Positions 37,431 to 45,614 of a DNA stretch of 64,000 nt are shown one piece after another. How positions within the stretch are numbered: position 1 is the first letter of the stretch; every line of letters starts with the position of its first letter. The DNA is from an uncultured Ignavibacteria bacterium (GTDB taxonomy: Bacteria > Bacteroidota > Ignavibacteria > UBA10030 > SZUA-254): positions 130,378 to 194,377 of the forward strand of contig CAVRTZ010000008.1 of NCBI GenBank assembly GCA_963724215.1, written 5' to 3'. The position numbers and the translations under genes are program-made. The notes below the pieces were generated by a model. It made no database searches, was not told the origin of the DNA, and saw only the letters and a program-made list of their open reading frames with translations.

Positions 37431-38360
37431 ATGGCCGGCGAAACGATGAACAGGATCTTCATGCTACCGGACGAGAAGGAGATGGAGGCGTCCGGGAAGA
37501 CCACCATCCTGGAGGTCTCCCTCGATTCCGGCATCCCCCACGTCCACGTCTGCGGCGGGAAGGCGCGATGCTCCACCTGCCGTGTGGTGGTGGTCTCCGG
37601 GCTCGACCGTTGTTCTCCGCGCCAGGGCGCCGAAGAAAAACTCGCCGGCAGGCTCAACTTCGGGCCCCACGTGCGCCTCGCCTGCCAGACCACGGTCAGC
37701 GGCGACGTGACCGTCCGCCGGACGGTCCTGGACACGCTCGACATCCAGCTCTCCAACCAGACGGGTCCGGGCCTCAAGCTCGGGTCGGTCGGGGAGGAGA
37801 AACACCTCGCGATCCTCTTCGCGGACATCGGGGACTACACGTCGTTCGCGGAGTCGCTCCCCGCCTATGACGTGATCCACGCCCTCCGGCGGTACTTCAT
37901 CACGATGGGAAGGGTGATCGACGCGCACGGCGGCCGCATCAACGACTACGTCGGCGACGGGATCATGGCCCTCTTCGGCATCGACGACGCCCCCGATCCG
38001 GTCTACCGCGCGATCCGCGCCGGCCTCGAGATGCTCTGGGAGGTCGATTCCCTCAATCCCTACCTGCAGGCGATGTACCGGCGGACGTTCCGCGTCCGCA
38101 TCGGCATTCACTACGGTCCGGTGGTGATCGGCACGATCGGCATGGCCGACATGGAGAAGATGGCCGTGATCGGAGACGCGGTGAACGTCGCGGAAAGGAT
38201 CGAGGACGCCAACAAACAGACGGGCACGTCGATGCTCGTCTCCGACGCTGCGCTGCGCGAGGTCTTCGGCCGGGTCCGCACGCGGGAATCGTTCAGGGAC
38301 GTCTCCCTCAGGGGGAAACGCGCCCGCTTCACACTTCACGAGGTCTCCGAGGTCCTCTAG
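37431..38360 (+). CDS. [2Fe-2S] ferredoxin domain fused to a class III adenylate/guanylate cyclase
   Basis: ORF 37299..38360 trimmed to MAGETMNRIF. The N-terminal domain has CGGKARCSTC...LAC (C-x5-C-x2-C...C). The cyclase domain has LAILFADIGDYTSF, YVGDGIMALFG, IGIHYGPVVIG and VIGDAVNVAERIE. Confidence 0.85.
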   Translation: MAGETMNRIFMLPDEKEMEASGKTTILEVSLDSGIPHVHVCGGKARCSTCRVVVVSGLDRCSPRQGAEEKLAGRLNFGPHVRLACQTTVSGDVTVRRTVLDTLDIQLSNQTGPGLKLGSVGEEKHLAILFADIGDYTSFAESLPAYDVIHALRRYFITMGRVIDAHGGRINDYVGDGIMALFGIDDAPDPVYRAIRAGLEMLWEVDSLNPYLQAMYRRTFRVRIGIHYGPVVIGTIGMADMEKMAVIGDAVNVAERIEDANKQTGTSMLVSDAALREVFGRVRTRESFRDVSLRGKRARFTLHEVSEVL

Positions 38361-38364
38361 GGCG

Positions 38365-39075
38365 ATGAAGAACCTCTTCGAAATACCGCATTGCGAGACC
38401 TGCCTGCCGCGCCTCCATTCAGTGTTCAGCGTGCTTTCGCAGGAGGGACTCGCGAAGCTCCAGCTCCACAAGGGATGCAATTTCCACCGGAGCGGCCAGG
38501 TGCTCTTCTACGAGGGCGACTATCCTTCCGGCCTCTACTGCATCAACCAGGGCAAGGTCAAGCTGACGAAGGTCGGTGAGGCCGGCCGCGAACAGATCGT
38601 CCGGCTGGCCCGCGAGGGGGACGTCGTCGGCTATCGCGCGCTCGTGAGCGGGACGCCGTACGAACTCTCGGCCACGGTCCTCGAGGACGCGTCGATCTGC
38701 TTCATCCCCCGCCAGACGTTCCACGTCCTGATGGCGGAAAACCCCGCGCTCACCGCGCGGATCATGCGGCAGCTTACGCAGGACCTCGCGCGCGCAGAAC
38801 AGAAACAGGTGTCGCTCGCGCAGAAACAGGTGAGGGAGCGCCTCGCCGAAACGCTCCTGATGCTGAAGGAATTCTACGGCACCGAGGACGACCACCACAC
38901 CCTCCGGAGCAAGCTCTCCAGGGAAGACATCGCCAACTACATCGGCACGGCGACGGAGACGGTCATCCGGCTCCTGTCGGAATTCGCGAAGGAGGGGATC
39001 ATCGCGCTGGAGGGGAAGAAGATCAAGATCGTGGACCTCCGCACCCTGCGCGACGCGGCGCGCCTGCCGGACTAG
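38365..39075 (+). CDS. Crp/Fnr family transcriptional regulator
   Basis: 236-aa ORF starting 4 nt after the cyclase stop. It has a cNMP-binding beta-roll (GQVLFYEGDYPSGLYCINQGKVKL) and a C-terminal HTH (SREDIANYIGTATETVIRLLSEF). An N-terminal HCETC is present. Confidence 0.85.
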   Translation: MKNLFEIPHCETCLPRLHSVFSVLSQEGLAKLQLHKGCNFHRSGQVLFYEGDYPSGLYCINQGKVKLTKVGEAGREQIVRLAREGDVVGYRALVSGTPYELSATVLEDASICFIPRQTFHVLMAENPALTARIMRQLTQDLARAEQKQVSLAQKQVRERLAETLLMLKEFYGTEDDHHTLRSKLSREDIANYIGTATETVIRLLSEFAKEGIIALEGKKIKIVDLRTLRDAARLPD

Positions 39076-39263
39076 CGACACCCCGCCATCCCCCCCCCTC
39101 CTGGGGGACATCCCCCCCCAAACTCTCCTGCTCGGGATCCCCGACCACGTGGTCGAACGGACAATCCGTCATTCCTCCATCGCACAACACGATATCCGTC
39201 ATCATTCAGACATCTGCAGGTGGCCGGCGAAAATCATTCATTTTCGCCGATTCGGGATGCCGA

Positions 39264-39279
39264 CATGATATAAATCATG
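39264..39279 (+). promoter_or_regulatory. candidate Crp/Fnr-family operator upstream of the cytochrome cluster
   Basis: Perfect palindrome CATGAT-ATAA-ATCATG. Its core TGAT-N4-ATCA matches the FNR-type consensus TTGAT-N4-ATCAA at 8 of 10 positions. Its centre is 66 nt upstream of the ATG at 39338. Confidence 0.4.
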
Positions 39280-39337
39280 TTTTAACCTTTCCAAGATCAT
39301 ACCCCCCGGCCCGTCGATTGCTTATTTTTTATACAGG

Positions 39338-40156
39338 ATGTTGAAGAAAACGACAAATATTAACAAGATCCTGGTACCGGTCGATCTCACGGACGCCTCA
39401 TTGTGCGCCGTTGAGGCCGCCCTGACCCTTTCAAGGGAAAAAAAATCCCAGATCTACCTTCTCCACGTCATCACCCGGGCCGACGACCGGCCGGGCGCCG
39501 GAGGGGAGACTGACCCGGAGCTGCAGAAAAAATACCGCGCGATGGAAGAGTTCTTCCTGAAGAAAGTCAGGCAGCAATCCAGGTTCGCCTGCATCGTCCG
39601 CACGGGGACGCCCGCTGTGGAGATCCTGACGTTCGCGAGGGAGGAAGGCGTCGACGTCATCGTGCTCCCCGTCGGGGCCGATCTGACCGGGGACGCCGTC
39701 CGGCCCGGGGGCATCGCCGACCAGATCGTCCGCAACGCCTCGGTCCCCGTCATGGTCGTCAAGCCGGGACAGGCCGCGCGGAAACTCACCGGTACCGTGC
39801 ATTGGGAAAAGGAAGAGAGGAACTCCATGCAACACGACGAACGCTATCTCCAGGAAATACGGCAAAGGGTGTGCGCGAAGTGCATCGACCGCACGCCGAC
39901 GGGTCTCTGCGTGACCTCCACCTACGATTCCTGCGCCATCAATAAATACCTGCCGGAAATCATTGACATCGTCCTCACGACCGGGGGCGACGACCTCGAC
40001 GCCTACGTCGCACGGTTGAGGGAAAAGGTCTGCGCCGTCTGCCAGCACCAGTCGCCCGACGGGCGCTGCGACGTGCGGGACGACGTCGAATGCGCCCTCG
40101 ACCGGTATTTCCCCATCGTCGTCGAGGCGATCCAGGAAGTGAAACACTCGCGATGA
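39338..40156 (+). CDS. universal stress protein (UspA) domain fused to a tandem four-Cys module
   Basis: 272-aa ORF. The USP fold spans aa 1-145 (ILVPVDLTDAS ... VIVLPVG ... VRNASVPVMVV). Two repeats of VCAxC-x8-C-x7-CA follow (aa 165-270). Confidence 0.75.
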   Translation: MLKKTTNINKILVPVDLTDASLCAVEAALTLSREKKSQIYLLHVITRADDRPGAGGETDPELQKKYRAMEEFFLKKVRQQSRFACIVRTGTPAVEILTFAREEGVDVIVLPVGADLTGDAVRPGGIADQIVRNASVPVMVVKPGQAARKLTGTVHWEKEERNSMQHDERYLQEIRQRVCAKCIDRTPTGLCVTSTYDSCAINKYLPEIIDIVLTTGGDDLDAYVARLREKVCAVCQHQSPDGRCDVRDDVECALDRYFPIVVEAIQEVKHSR

Positions 40157-40163
40157 ACCGCTC

Positions 40164-42521
40164 ATGAAACCGAACGATCAATCAGCCGGAAACGCCGCAC
40201 GCAACCCCCTCGCGCGGCTGATGCTCATGGTCGCGTTCGCGGCCGTGGCGTTTCTCCTGGCCGCGTTCTGGATCCTGGCAGGCCCGGCGAAGGCCCAGTC
40301 GAAGGACGACTGCCTGGCGTGCCACTCCGACGCTTCGCTCTCGACAGAGAGAAACGGGGCGCCGGTGTCGCTCCACGTCGACGCCGCCGTCCTCGACCGG
40401 TCGCCGCACCGGAAACTCGTCTGCGTCGCCTGCCACGCCGGCTTCGACCCCAACGAGCTCCCGCACAGGAAAACCATACGGCCGGTGGAATGCCTCACCT
40501 GCCACAAGGGCTCGGAATTGAAGCACGCGTTCCATCCCCAGATGGCGAAGTCGATCGCCGCCGGGGAAGAGCCTTCGGTCTCGTGCAAGGACTGTCACGG
40601 GACGCACAACGTCGTCTCGCCCAAAGAGAAGGAATCGCCGTTTAACCGCGCGAACATGTCCGAGGGGTGCGGCCGGTGCCACGGCGACGTCGTCGGGCAG
40701 TACGCTGCTTCGGCGCATGGCGGCGCGTTTTCGGCCGGCGTGAAAGGCGCGCCGGAGTGCCTCGGCTGCCACGGCCACGACGTCACGGCGTCGAGCCATC
40801 CGGACGACACCGTCGGCATGAAGCTCGCGCAGGAACGCCTCTGCCTCAGCTGTCACCTCGACAACCCCGACGTGAGGGAAAAAACCTCGCCTTCGGCGGG
40901 CTTCATCGCCGCCTACGAGCAGAGCGTCCACGGGCGGGCCCTGATGAACGGGAACGCCAGGGCGCCCAACTGCGTCGATTGCCACGGCAGCCACCAGATG
41001 GCGAAGGGTTACGACCCGGCGGCGAAGGTCAGCAAGATGAACATCGCCGAAACCTGTTCCAAGTGCCACGAAGACATTGCGAACGTCTACAACGAGAGCG
41101 CGCACGGCAAGGCGGTCGCCAAGGGCGTGGCCGACGCCCCCACCTGCACGAACTGCCACGGGGAACACACGATCCTCAGGCACAACGACCCGAAATCGCC
41201 GGTCGCGAAGCAGAACCTCTCGGCGCAGGTCTGCTCGCCGTGCCACAGCTCGGTCGCCCTCTCGACCAAGTACGGCATCGAGAGCGACCGGTTCAAGACC
41301 TTCTCCGACAGCTACCACGGCCTCGCCATCCGCGGCGGTTCGATCGAGGTCGCCAATTGCGCCAGCTGCCACGGGACGCACAACATCAAGTCGTCGAGCG
41401 ACTCCACCTCGATGATCAGCCGGGCGAACCTCGCGAAGACCTGCGGCAGCTGCCACCCCGGGGCGAACCAGCGGTTCACCGTCGGCAAGGTCCACGTGGA
41501 CGAATCCTCCCGCGCGGAGGAACCGATGCTCTACTGGATCACGACCGCCTACATCCTCCTGATCGTGGTCACCATCGGCGGGATGCTGGTCCACAACGCC
41601 CTCGACTTCGTGAAGAAATCTCGCCGGAAACTGATGATCCGCCGCGGACTCATCCCCCATCCGCACACGAGCCACGAGCTCTACCCGAGGATGAGCAGGA
41701 ACGAACGGTTCCAGCACGCGGCCCTCCTGTTGAGCTTCATGACGCTGGTCATCACAGGGTTCATGCTCCGGTTCCCCGAGGTCTGGTGGGTGCAGTGGAT
41801 CAGGTCGATCAGCGGATCGGTGTTCGACACCCGCAGCGTCATCCACCGCGTCGCCGGCGTGGTGATGCTTACCGCGAGCTTTTACCACGTCTGGTACATC
41901 CTCTTCACGGTCCCGGGGCGGCGGCTGGTGTTCGACATGTTCCCGCGGATCCAGGACGCGAGGGACGCCGTCGCGATGGTGAGGTACAACCTCGGTCTTT
42001 CCGCGGAGCGCCCGCTCTTCGACCGGTTCTGCTACATCGAGAAGGCCGAATACTGGGCCCTCATCTGGGGGACGTTCGTCATGGGCGCCACGGGCCTCGT
42101 CATGTGGTTCGACAACACGTTCATCGGTCTCTTCACGAAGCTGGGGTACGACGTCGCCCGCACGATCCATTACTACGAGGCGTGGCTGGCGACGCTCGCC
42201 ATCATCGTCTGGCACTTCTATTTCGTGATCTTCAACCCGGACGTTTATCCGCTGAACGTGGCGTTCTGGAAGGGCACGCTCACCGAAGAGGAGATGGAGG
42301 AGGACCATCCGCTCGAGCTGCAGCGGATCGTGGCCGGCAGGACGAGTGAGGACCTTCCCGCCGAAGAGATGCGGGGAGAGAAACTCGAAGACGGCGATGG
42401 CGCCGGCAGGGCGGCGAAAAAACAGACGACCGATGTGAAACCTCCGGCCGACGGGAAACCTCCGGTCCAGGGAAAACCGCCCGCCGGGAATCCCGACAAC
42501 CGCGGAGGCGGAAAGAAATGA
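40164..42521 (+). CDS. CbcL-like fusion: membrane-anchored 13-haem cytochrome c + FdnI/HydC-type dihaem cytochrome b domain
   Basis: 785-aa ORF. It has an N-terminal TM anchor, 13 CXXCH motifs (CLACH, CVACH, CLTCH, CKDCH, CGRCH, CLGCH, CLSCH, CVDCH, CSKCH, CTNCH, CSPCH, CASCH, CGSCH) and a linker TM helix. A 4-TM domain follows with His pairs IHRVAGVVMLTASFYH and IHYYEAWLATLAIIVWH and loop YIEKAEYW. The tail is Lys/Pro/Gly-rich. Confidence 0.85.
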   Translation: MKPNDQSAGNAARNPLARLMLMVAFAAVAFLLAAFWILAGPAKAQSKDDCLACHSDASLSTERNGAPVSLHVDAAVLDRSPHRKLVCVACHAGFDPNELPHRKTIRPVECLTCHKGSELKHAFHPQMAKSIAAGEEPSVSCKDCHGTHNVVSPKEKESPFNRANMSEGCGRCHGDVVGQYAASAHGGAFSAGVKGAPECLGCHGHDVTASSHPDDTVGMKLAQERLCLSCHLDNPDVREKTSPSAGFIAAYEQSVHGRALMNGNARAPNCVDCHGSHQMAKGYDPAAKVSKMNIAETCSKCHEDIANVYNESAHGKAVAKGVADAPTCTNCHGEHTILRHNDPKSPVAKQNLSAQVCSPCHSSVALSTKYGIESDRFKTFSDSYHGLAIRGGSIEVANCASCHGTHNIKSSSDSTSMISRANLAKTCGSCHPGANQRFTVGKVHVDESSRAEEPMLYWITTAYILLIVVTIGGMLVHNALDFVKKSRRKLMIRRGLIPHPHTSHELYPRMSRNERFQHAALLLSFMTLVITGFMLRFPEVWWVQWIRSISGSVFDTRSVIHRVAGVVMLTASFYHVWYILFTVPGRRLVFDMFPRIQDARDAVAMVRYNLGLSAERPLFDRFCYIEKAEYWALIWGTFVMGATGLVMWFDNTFIGLFTKLGYDVARTIHYYEAWLATLAIIVWHFYFVIFNPDVYPLNVAFWKGTLTEEEMEEDHPLELQRIVAGRTSEDLPAEEMRGEKLEDGDGAGRAAKKQTTDVKPPADGKPPVQGKPPAGNPDNRGGGKK

Positions 42522-44536
42522 AACGGACGATCGTCGTCGCCGCGGCGTTCCTGTTCCTCTTCGCGTTGAGTGCGACCGCGCAGGAGGACGCCGACTGCCT
42601 CTCGTGCCACGAGGACAGATCGCTGGAGGGGACCCGCGGCGGGAGGACGATGTCGGTGTACGTCAACGTGAAAACGCACGCCGGCTCGATCCACGGCGCG
42701 AACGGGTGCGTCTCGTGCCACGCCGACCTGGCGGGGAAGGAACTCCCCCACGGGGAGGACGTCGCCCCCGTCGACTGCGGCAGCTGCCACAGCGCGGAGC
42801 AGGAGGAGGAATCGAAATCGCTCCACGGCCAGGCCGCCGCGCGGGGCGACAAGCTCGCGCCCCTCTGCAAGGACTGCCACGGGACCCACAACGTGCTTCC
42901 GAAATCGAACCGGAACTCCCCGATTTCGCCCCTGAAAATCCCGTTCCTCTGCGGGAAGTGCCACCAGGAGGGTTCGCCGGTCCAGCGCCAGCGGGTGATC
43001 CACCAGGACAACATCATCGAGAATTTCTCGGAGAGCATCCACGGCGAGGGGCTCCTCAGGAAAGGGCTCATCGTGGCTCCCAACTGCGCCTCCTGCCACA
43101 CCGGGCACTCGATCCTCCCCCACACGAATCCCGCGTCGTCGATCGCGAGGAAGAACATCGCCTCGACCTGCACGAAATGCCACGCCGAGATCGAGGCGGT
43201 GCACCGCAAGGTGATCAAGGGGGAGCTCTGGGAGAAGGAGAACCACGTCCTCCCGGCGTGCGTGGACTGCCACCAGCCGCACAAGATCCGGAAGGTCTTC
43301 TACGCGCAGGGCATGGCCGACCGCGACTGTCTCAGTTGCCACGAAAAACCGGAACTGAAGTCCTCCCGCGACGCTCATTCGCTGACCGTGAAGGTTTCGG
43401 AGCTCACGGATTCGAGGCACGTGAAAATATCGTGCAGCCAGTGCCACGCGCAGGTGAACGCATCGAAGGTGAGGCCCTGCGAGACCATCACGGAAAAGGT
43501 CGACTGCGCGTCGTGCCACGCCGAGGTTGGCCAGCAGTTCAACGTCAGCCTCCACGGCAGGCTCGTCGCGAACAAGGACCCGAACGGGCCGACCTGCAAG
43601 GAATGCCACGGCCGGCACGGCGTGAAGGGGAAACAGGACCCGGCGTCGGGCACGTTCCCCACGAACGTCCCCGACCTCTGCGCGCGGTGCCACCGCGAGG
43701 GGAAGAAGGCGGCGCTGCTCTACACGGGGGCCGAGCACCAGATCATCGAGCGGTACACCGAGAGCATCCACGGCAAGGGGCTGATGAAGAGCGGCCTCAC
43801 CGTGACCGCGATGTGCAGCAACTGCCACACGCCCCACAGCGTGCTGCCGCGCAGCGACACGCTCTCGAGCGTCAACCCGCGGAACCTCCCGAAGACGTGC
43901 GGAAAATGCCACCACGGCATCGAGGAACAGTTCCAGAAGAGCGTCCATTCGAAGCTCGTCTCGAAATCCGACAAGGAGCTCCCGGTGTGCGACGACTGCC
44001 ACACCGCGCACAAGATCAAACGCGCGGACTCGCAGGGGTTCAAGCTCGAAATCATGCAGCAGTGCGGCCGCTGCCACGAGAAGATCGCGGAGACCTACTT
44101 CGACACCTACCACGGCAAAGTGTCCCAGCTCGGCTATACGAAGACGGCGAAGTGCTACGACTGCCACGGCGCCCACGACATCCTCCCGGTGGCCGACCCG
44201 AAATCGCACCTGAGCCACGACAACGTGGTCGGGACCTGCCAGAAGTGCCACGAGGGCGCTACGCGCCGGTTCGCGGGATACCTGACCCACGCCACGCACC
44301 ACGACCCGGAGAAATACCCCTTCCTCTTCTGGACGTTCTGGGGGATGACGTCGCTCCTGGTCGGGACGTTCCTCTTCGGAGGCGTGCACACGCTCCTCTG
44401 GCTCCCGCGGGCGTTCCAATACCGGAAATTGCTCAAGGCGAAGCACCTGGAGAAGATGAGCGGCGGGCCGCCCACGGCCCCTGAAATGGATGAACCCGGC
44501 AACGCGGGCGGCGGGAAGGAAGGGCGGGATGGATAA
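42518..44536 (+). CDS. 19-haem c-type cytochrome with C-terminal TM helix
   Basis: 672-aa ORF whose start overlaps the previous stop by 4 nt. It has a signal peptide, 19 CXXCH motifs counted, recurrent S(I/V/L)HG spacers, and a C-terminal helix YPFLFWTFWGMTSLLVGTFLFGGVH. Confidence 0.85.
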   Translation: MKRTIVVAAAFLFLFALSATAQEDADCLSCHEDRSLEGTRGGRTMSVYVNVKTHAGSIHGANGCVSCHADLAGKELPHGEDVAPVDCGSCHSAEQEEESKSLHGQAAARGDKLAPLCKDCHGTHNVLPKSNRNSPISPLKIPFLCGKCHQEGSPVQRQRVIHQDNIIENFSESIHGEGLLRKGLIVAPNCASCHTGHSILPHTNPASSIARKNIASTCTKCHAEIEAVHRKVIKGELWEKENHVLPACVDCHQPHKIRKVFYAQGMADRDCLSCHEKPELKSSRDAHSLTVKVSELTDSRHVKISCSQCHAQVNASKVRPCETITEKVDCASCHAEVGQQFNVSLHGRLVANKDPNGPTCKECHGRHGVKGKQDPASGTFPTNVPDLCARCHREGKKAALLYTGAEHQIIERYTESIHGKGLMKSGLTVTAMCSNCHTPHSVLPRSDTLSSVNPRNLPKTCGKCHHGIEEQFQKSVHSKLVSKSDKELPVCDDCHTAHKIKRADSQGFKLEIMQQCGRCHEKIAETYFDTYHGKVSQLGYTKTAKCYDCHGAHDILPVADPKSHLSHDNVVGTCQKCHEGATRRFAGYLTHATHHDPEKYPFLFWTFWGMTSLLVGTFLFGGVHTLLWLPRAFQYRKLLKAKHLEKMSGGPPTAPEMDEPGNAGGGKEGRDG

Positions 44537-45518
44537 GCACGACGAGGGCATGAAAAAACCGGGCGGGGAATCCACGCCCCTGAAATCGAAGCCGGAACGA
44601 CCGGCGCCCGCGCAATCCGCGCCGTCGCACGGCGCCCCGGCGCCCGCGGCGCCCGCGACATCCTCCCATCCCGTCGAGAGCGCCCCCCCCGCCGAGCGGC
44701 AGTTCCTCCGCTTCACGCGGCTCAACAGGGCCCTGCACATCTTCCTCATCATGAGCTTCCTGACACTCGCGCTCACCGGGCTGACGCTGAAGTTTTCCTA
44801 CACCGGCTGGGCGGTGGTGCTCTCGCACCTGCTCGGCGGGTTCGAGAGCGCCGGCTACCTCCACCGCTTCGCGGCGGTGATCATGTTCGCCGTCTTCACC
44901 ATCCACGTCACCGACGTCCTCAGGATGAAGAAGCGGGAGGGCCGCACCTGGAGGACGATGATCTTCAGCGCCGATTCGATGATGTTCAACGGGAAGGACC
45001 TCTCGGACTTCATCGGGTCGGTGAAGTGGTTCGTGGGGAAGGGCCCGCGCCCGCAGTTCGGCCGGTGGACCTACTGGGAGAAGTTCGACTACTTCGCCGT
45101 CTTCTGGGGCGTGGCGGTCATCGGCTCCACGGGGCTGATGCTCTGGTTCCCGGAGTTCTTCACGAATTTCATGCCGGGCTCGCTGCTCAACGTCGCCACG
45201 ATCATCCACAGCGACGAGGCCCTGCTCGCCGTCGGGTTCATCTTCACGGTGCATTTCTTCAACACCCACCTCCGCCCGGAGAAATTCCCGATGGACATCG
45301 TCATCTTCACGGGAAGGATGGACGTCGACGAGTTCGCCCTCGACAAGCCCGCGGAGTACGAGGAGCTCGTGAAATCGGGCCGGCTCGAGTCCCGCCTGGT
45401 CGAGCCGTACCAGCCGATCGTCATCCGGGCGGTCAAGGCGTTCGGGTGGACAGCGCTGATCATCGGGTTCAGCGTGGTGATCTGGATCATCTACGCGATG
45501 CTGTTTGCCTACCGGTAA
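44529..45518 (+). CDS. FdnI/HydC-type dihaem cytochrome b membrane subunit
   Basis: ORF 44490..45518 trimmed to the ATG at 44529, an 8-nt overlap with the upstream stop. It has a Pro/Ala-rich N-tail and four TM helices. The His pattern is LNRALH, LHRFAAVIMFAVFTIH, IHSDEALLAVGFIFTVH, with loop YWEKFDYF. It is a paralogue of the C-terminal domain of 40164..42521. Confidence 0.8.
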   Translation: MDKHDEGMKKPGGESTPLKSKPERPAPAQSAPSHGAPAPAAPATSSHPVESAPPAERQFLRFTRLNRALHIFLIMSFLTLALTGLTLKFSYTGWAVVLSHLLGGFESAGYLHRFAAVIMFAVFTIHVTDVLRMKKREGRTWRTMIFSADSMMFNGKDLSDFIGSVKWFVGKGPRPQFGRWTYWEKFDYFAVFWGVAVIGSTGLMLWFPEFFTNFMPGSLLNVATIIHSDEALLAVGFIFTVHFFNTHLRPEKFPMDIVIFTGRMDVDEFALDKPAEYEELVKSGRLESRLVEPYQPIVIRAVKAFGWTALIIGFSVVIWIIYAMLFAYR

Positions 45519-45614
45519 ACGGCGATGCCGTCATTCCATTCACGGCGGCCCCGGTGTTTGGATTCAACGCCGGAATCATTACATTGACAACTGTTTCCAG
45601 CCAACGACCCCAGA

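Noticed and set aside
39225-39249. Perfect 9-bp hairpin CGGCGAAAA-TCATTCA-TTTTCGCCG as the terminator of the crp-like gene.
   Set aside because: It lies 150 nt past the stop, has no following U-tract, and has a stem that is half A-U. It is kept only as a remark under the regulatory finding.
45519-45614. Internal promoter or terminator in the only sizeable gap of the cytochrome cluster (hairpin ACGGC-GAT-GCCGT at 45519-45531; a TTGACA hexamer near 45586-45592).
   Set aside because: The hairpin has 5 bp, a 3-nt loop and no U-tract. No acceptable -10 element lies 16-18 nt after the TTGACA. The evidence is insufficient either way.
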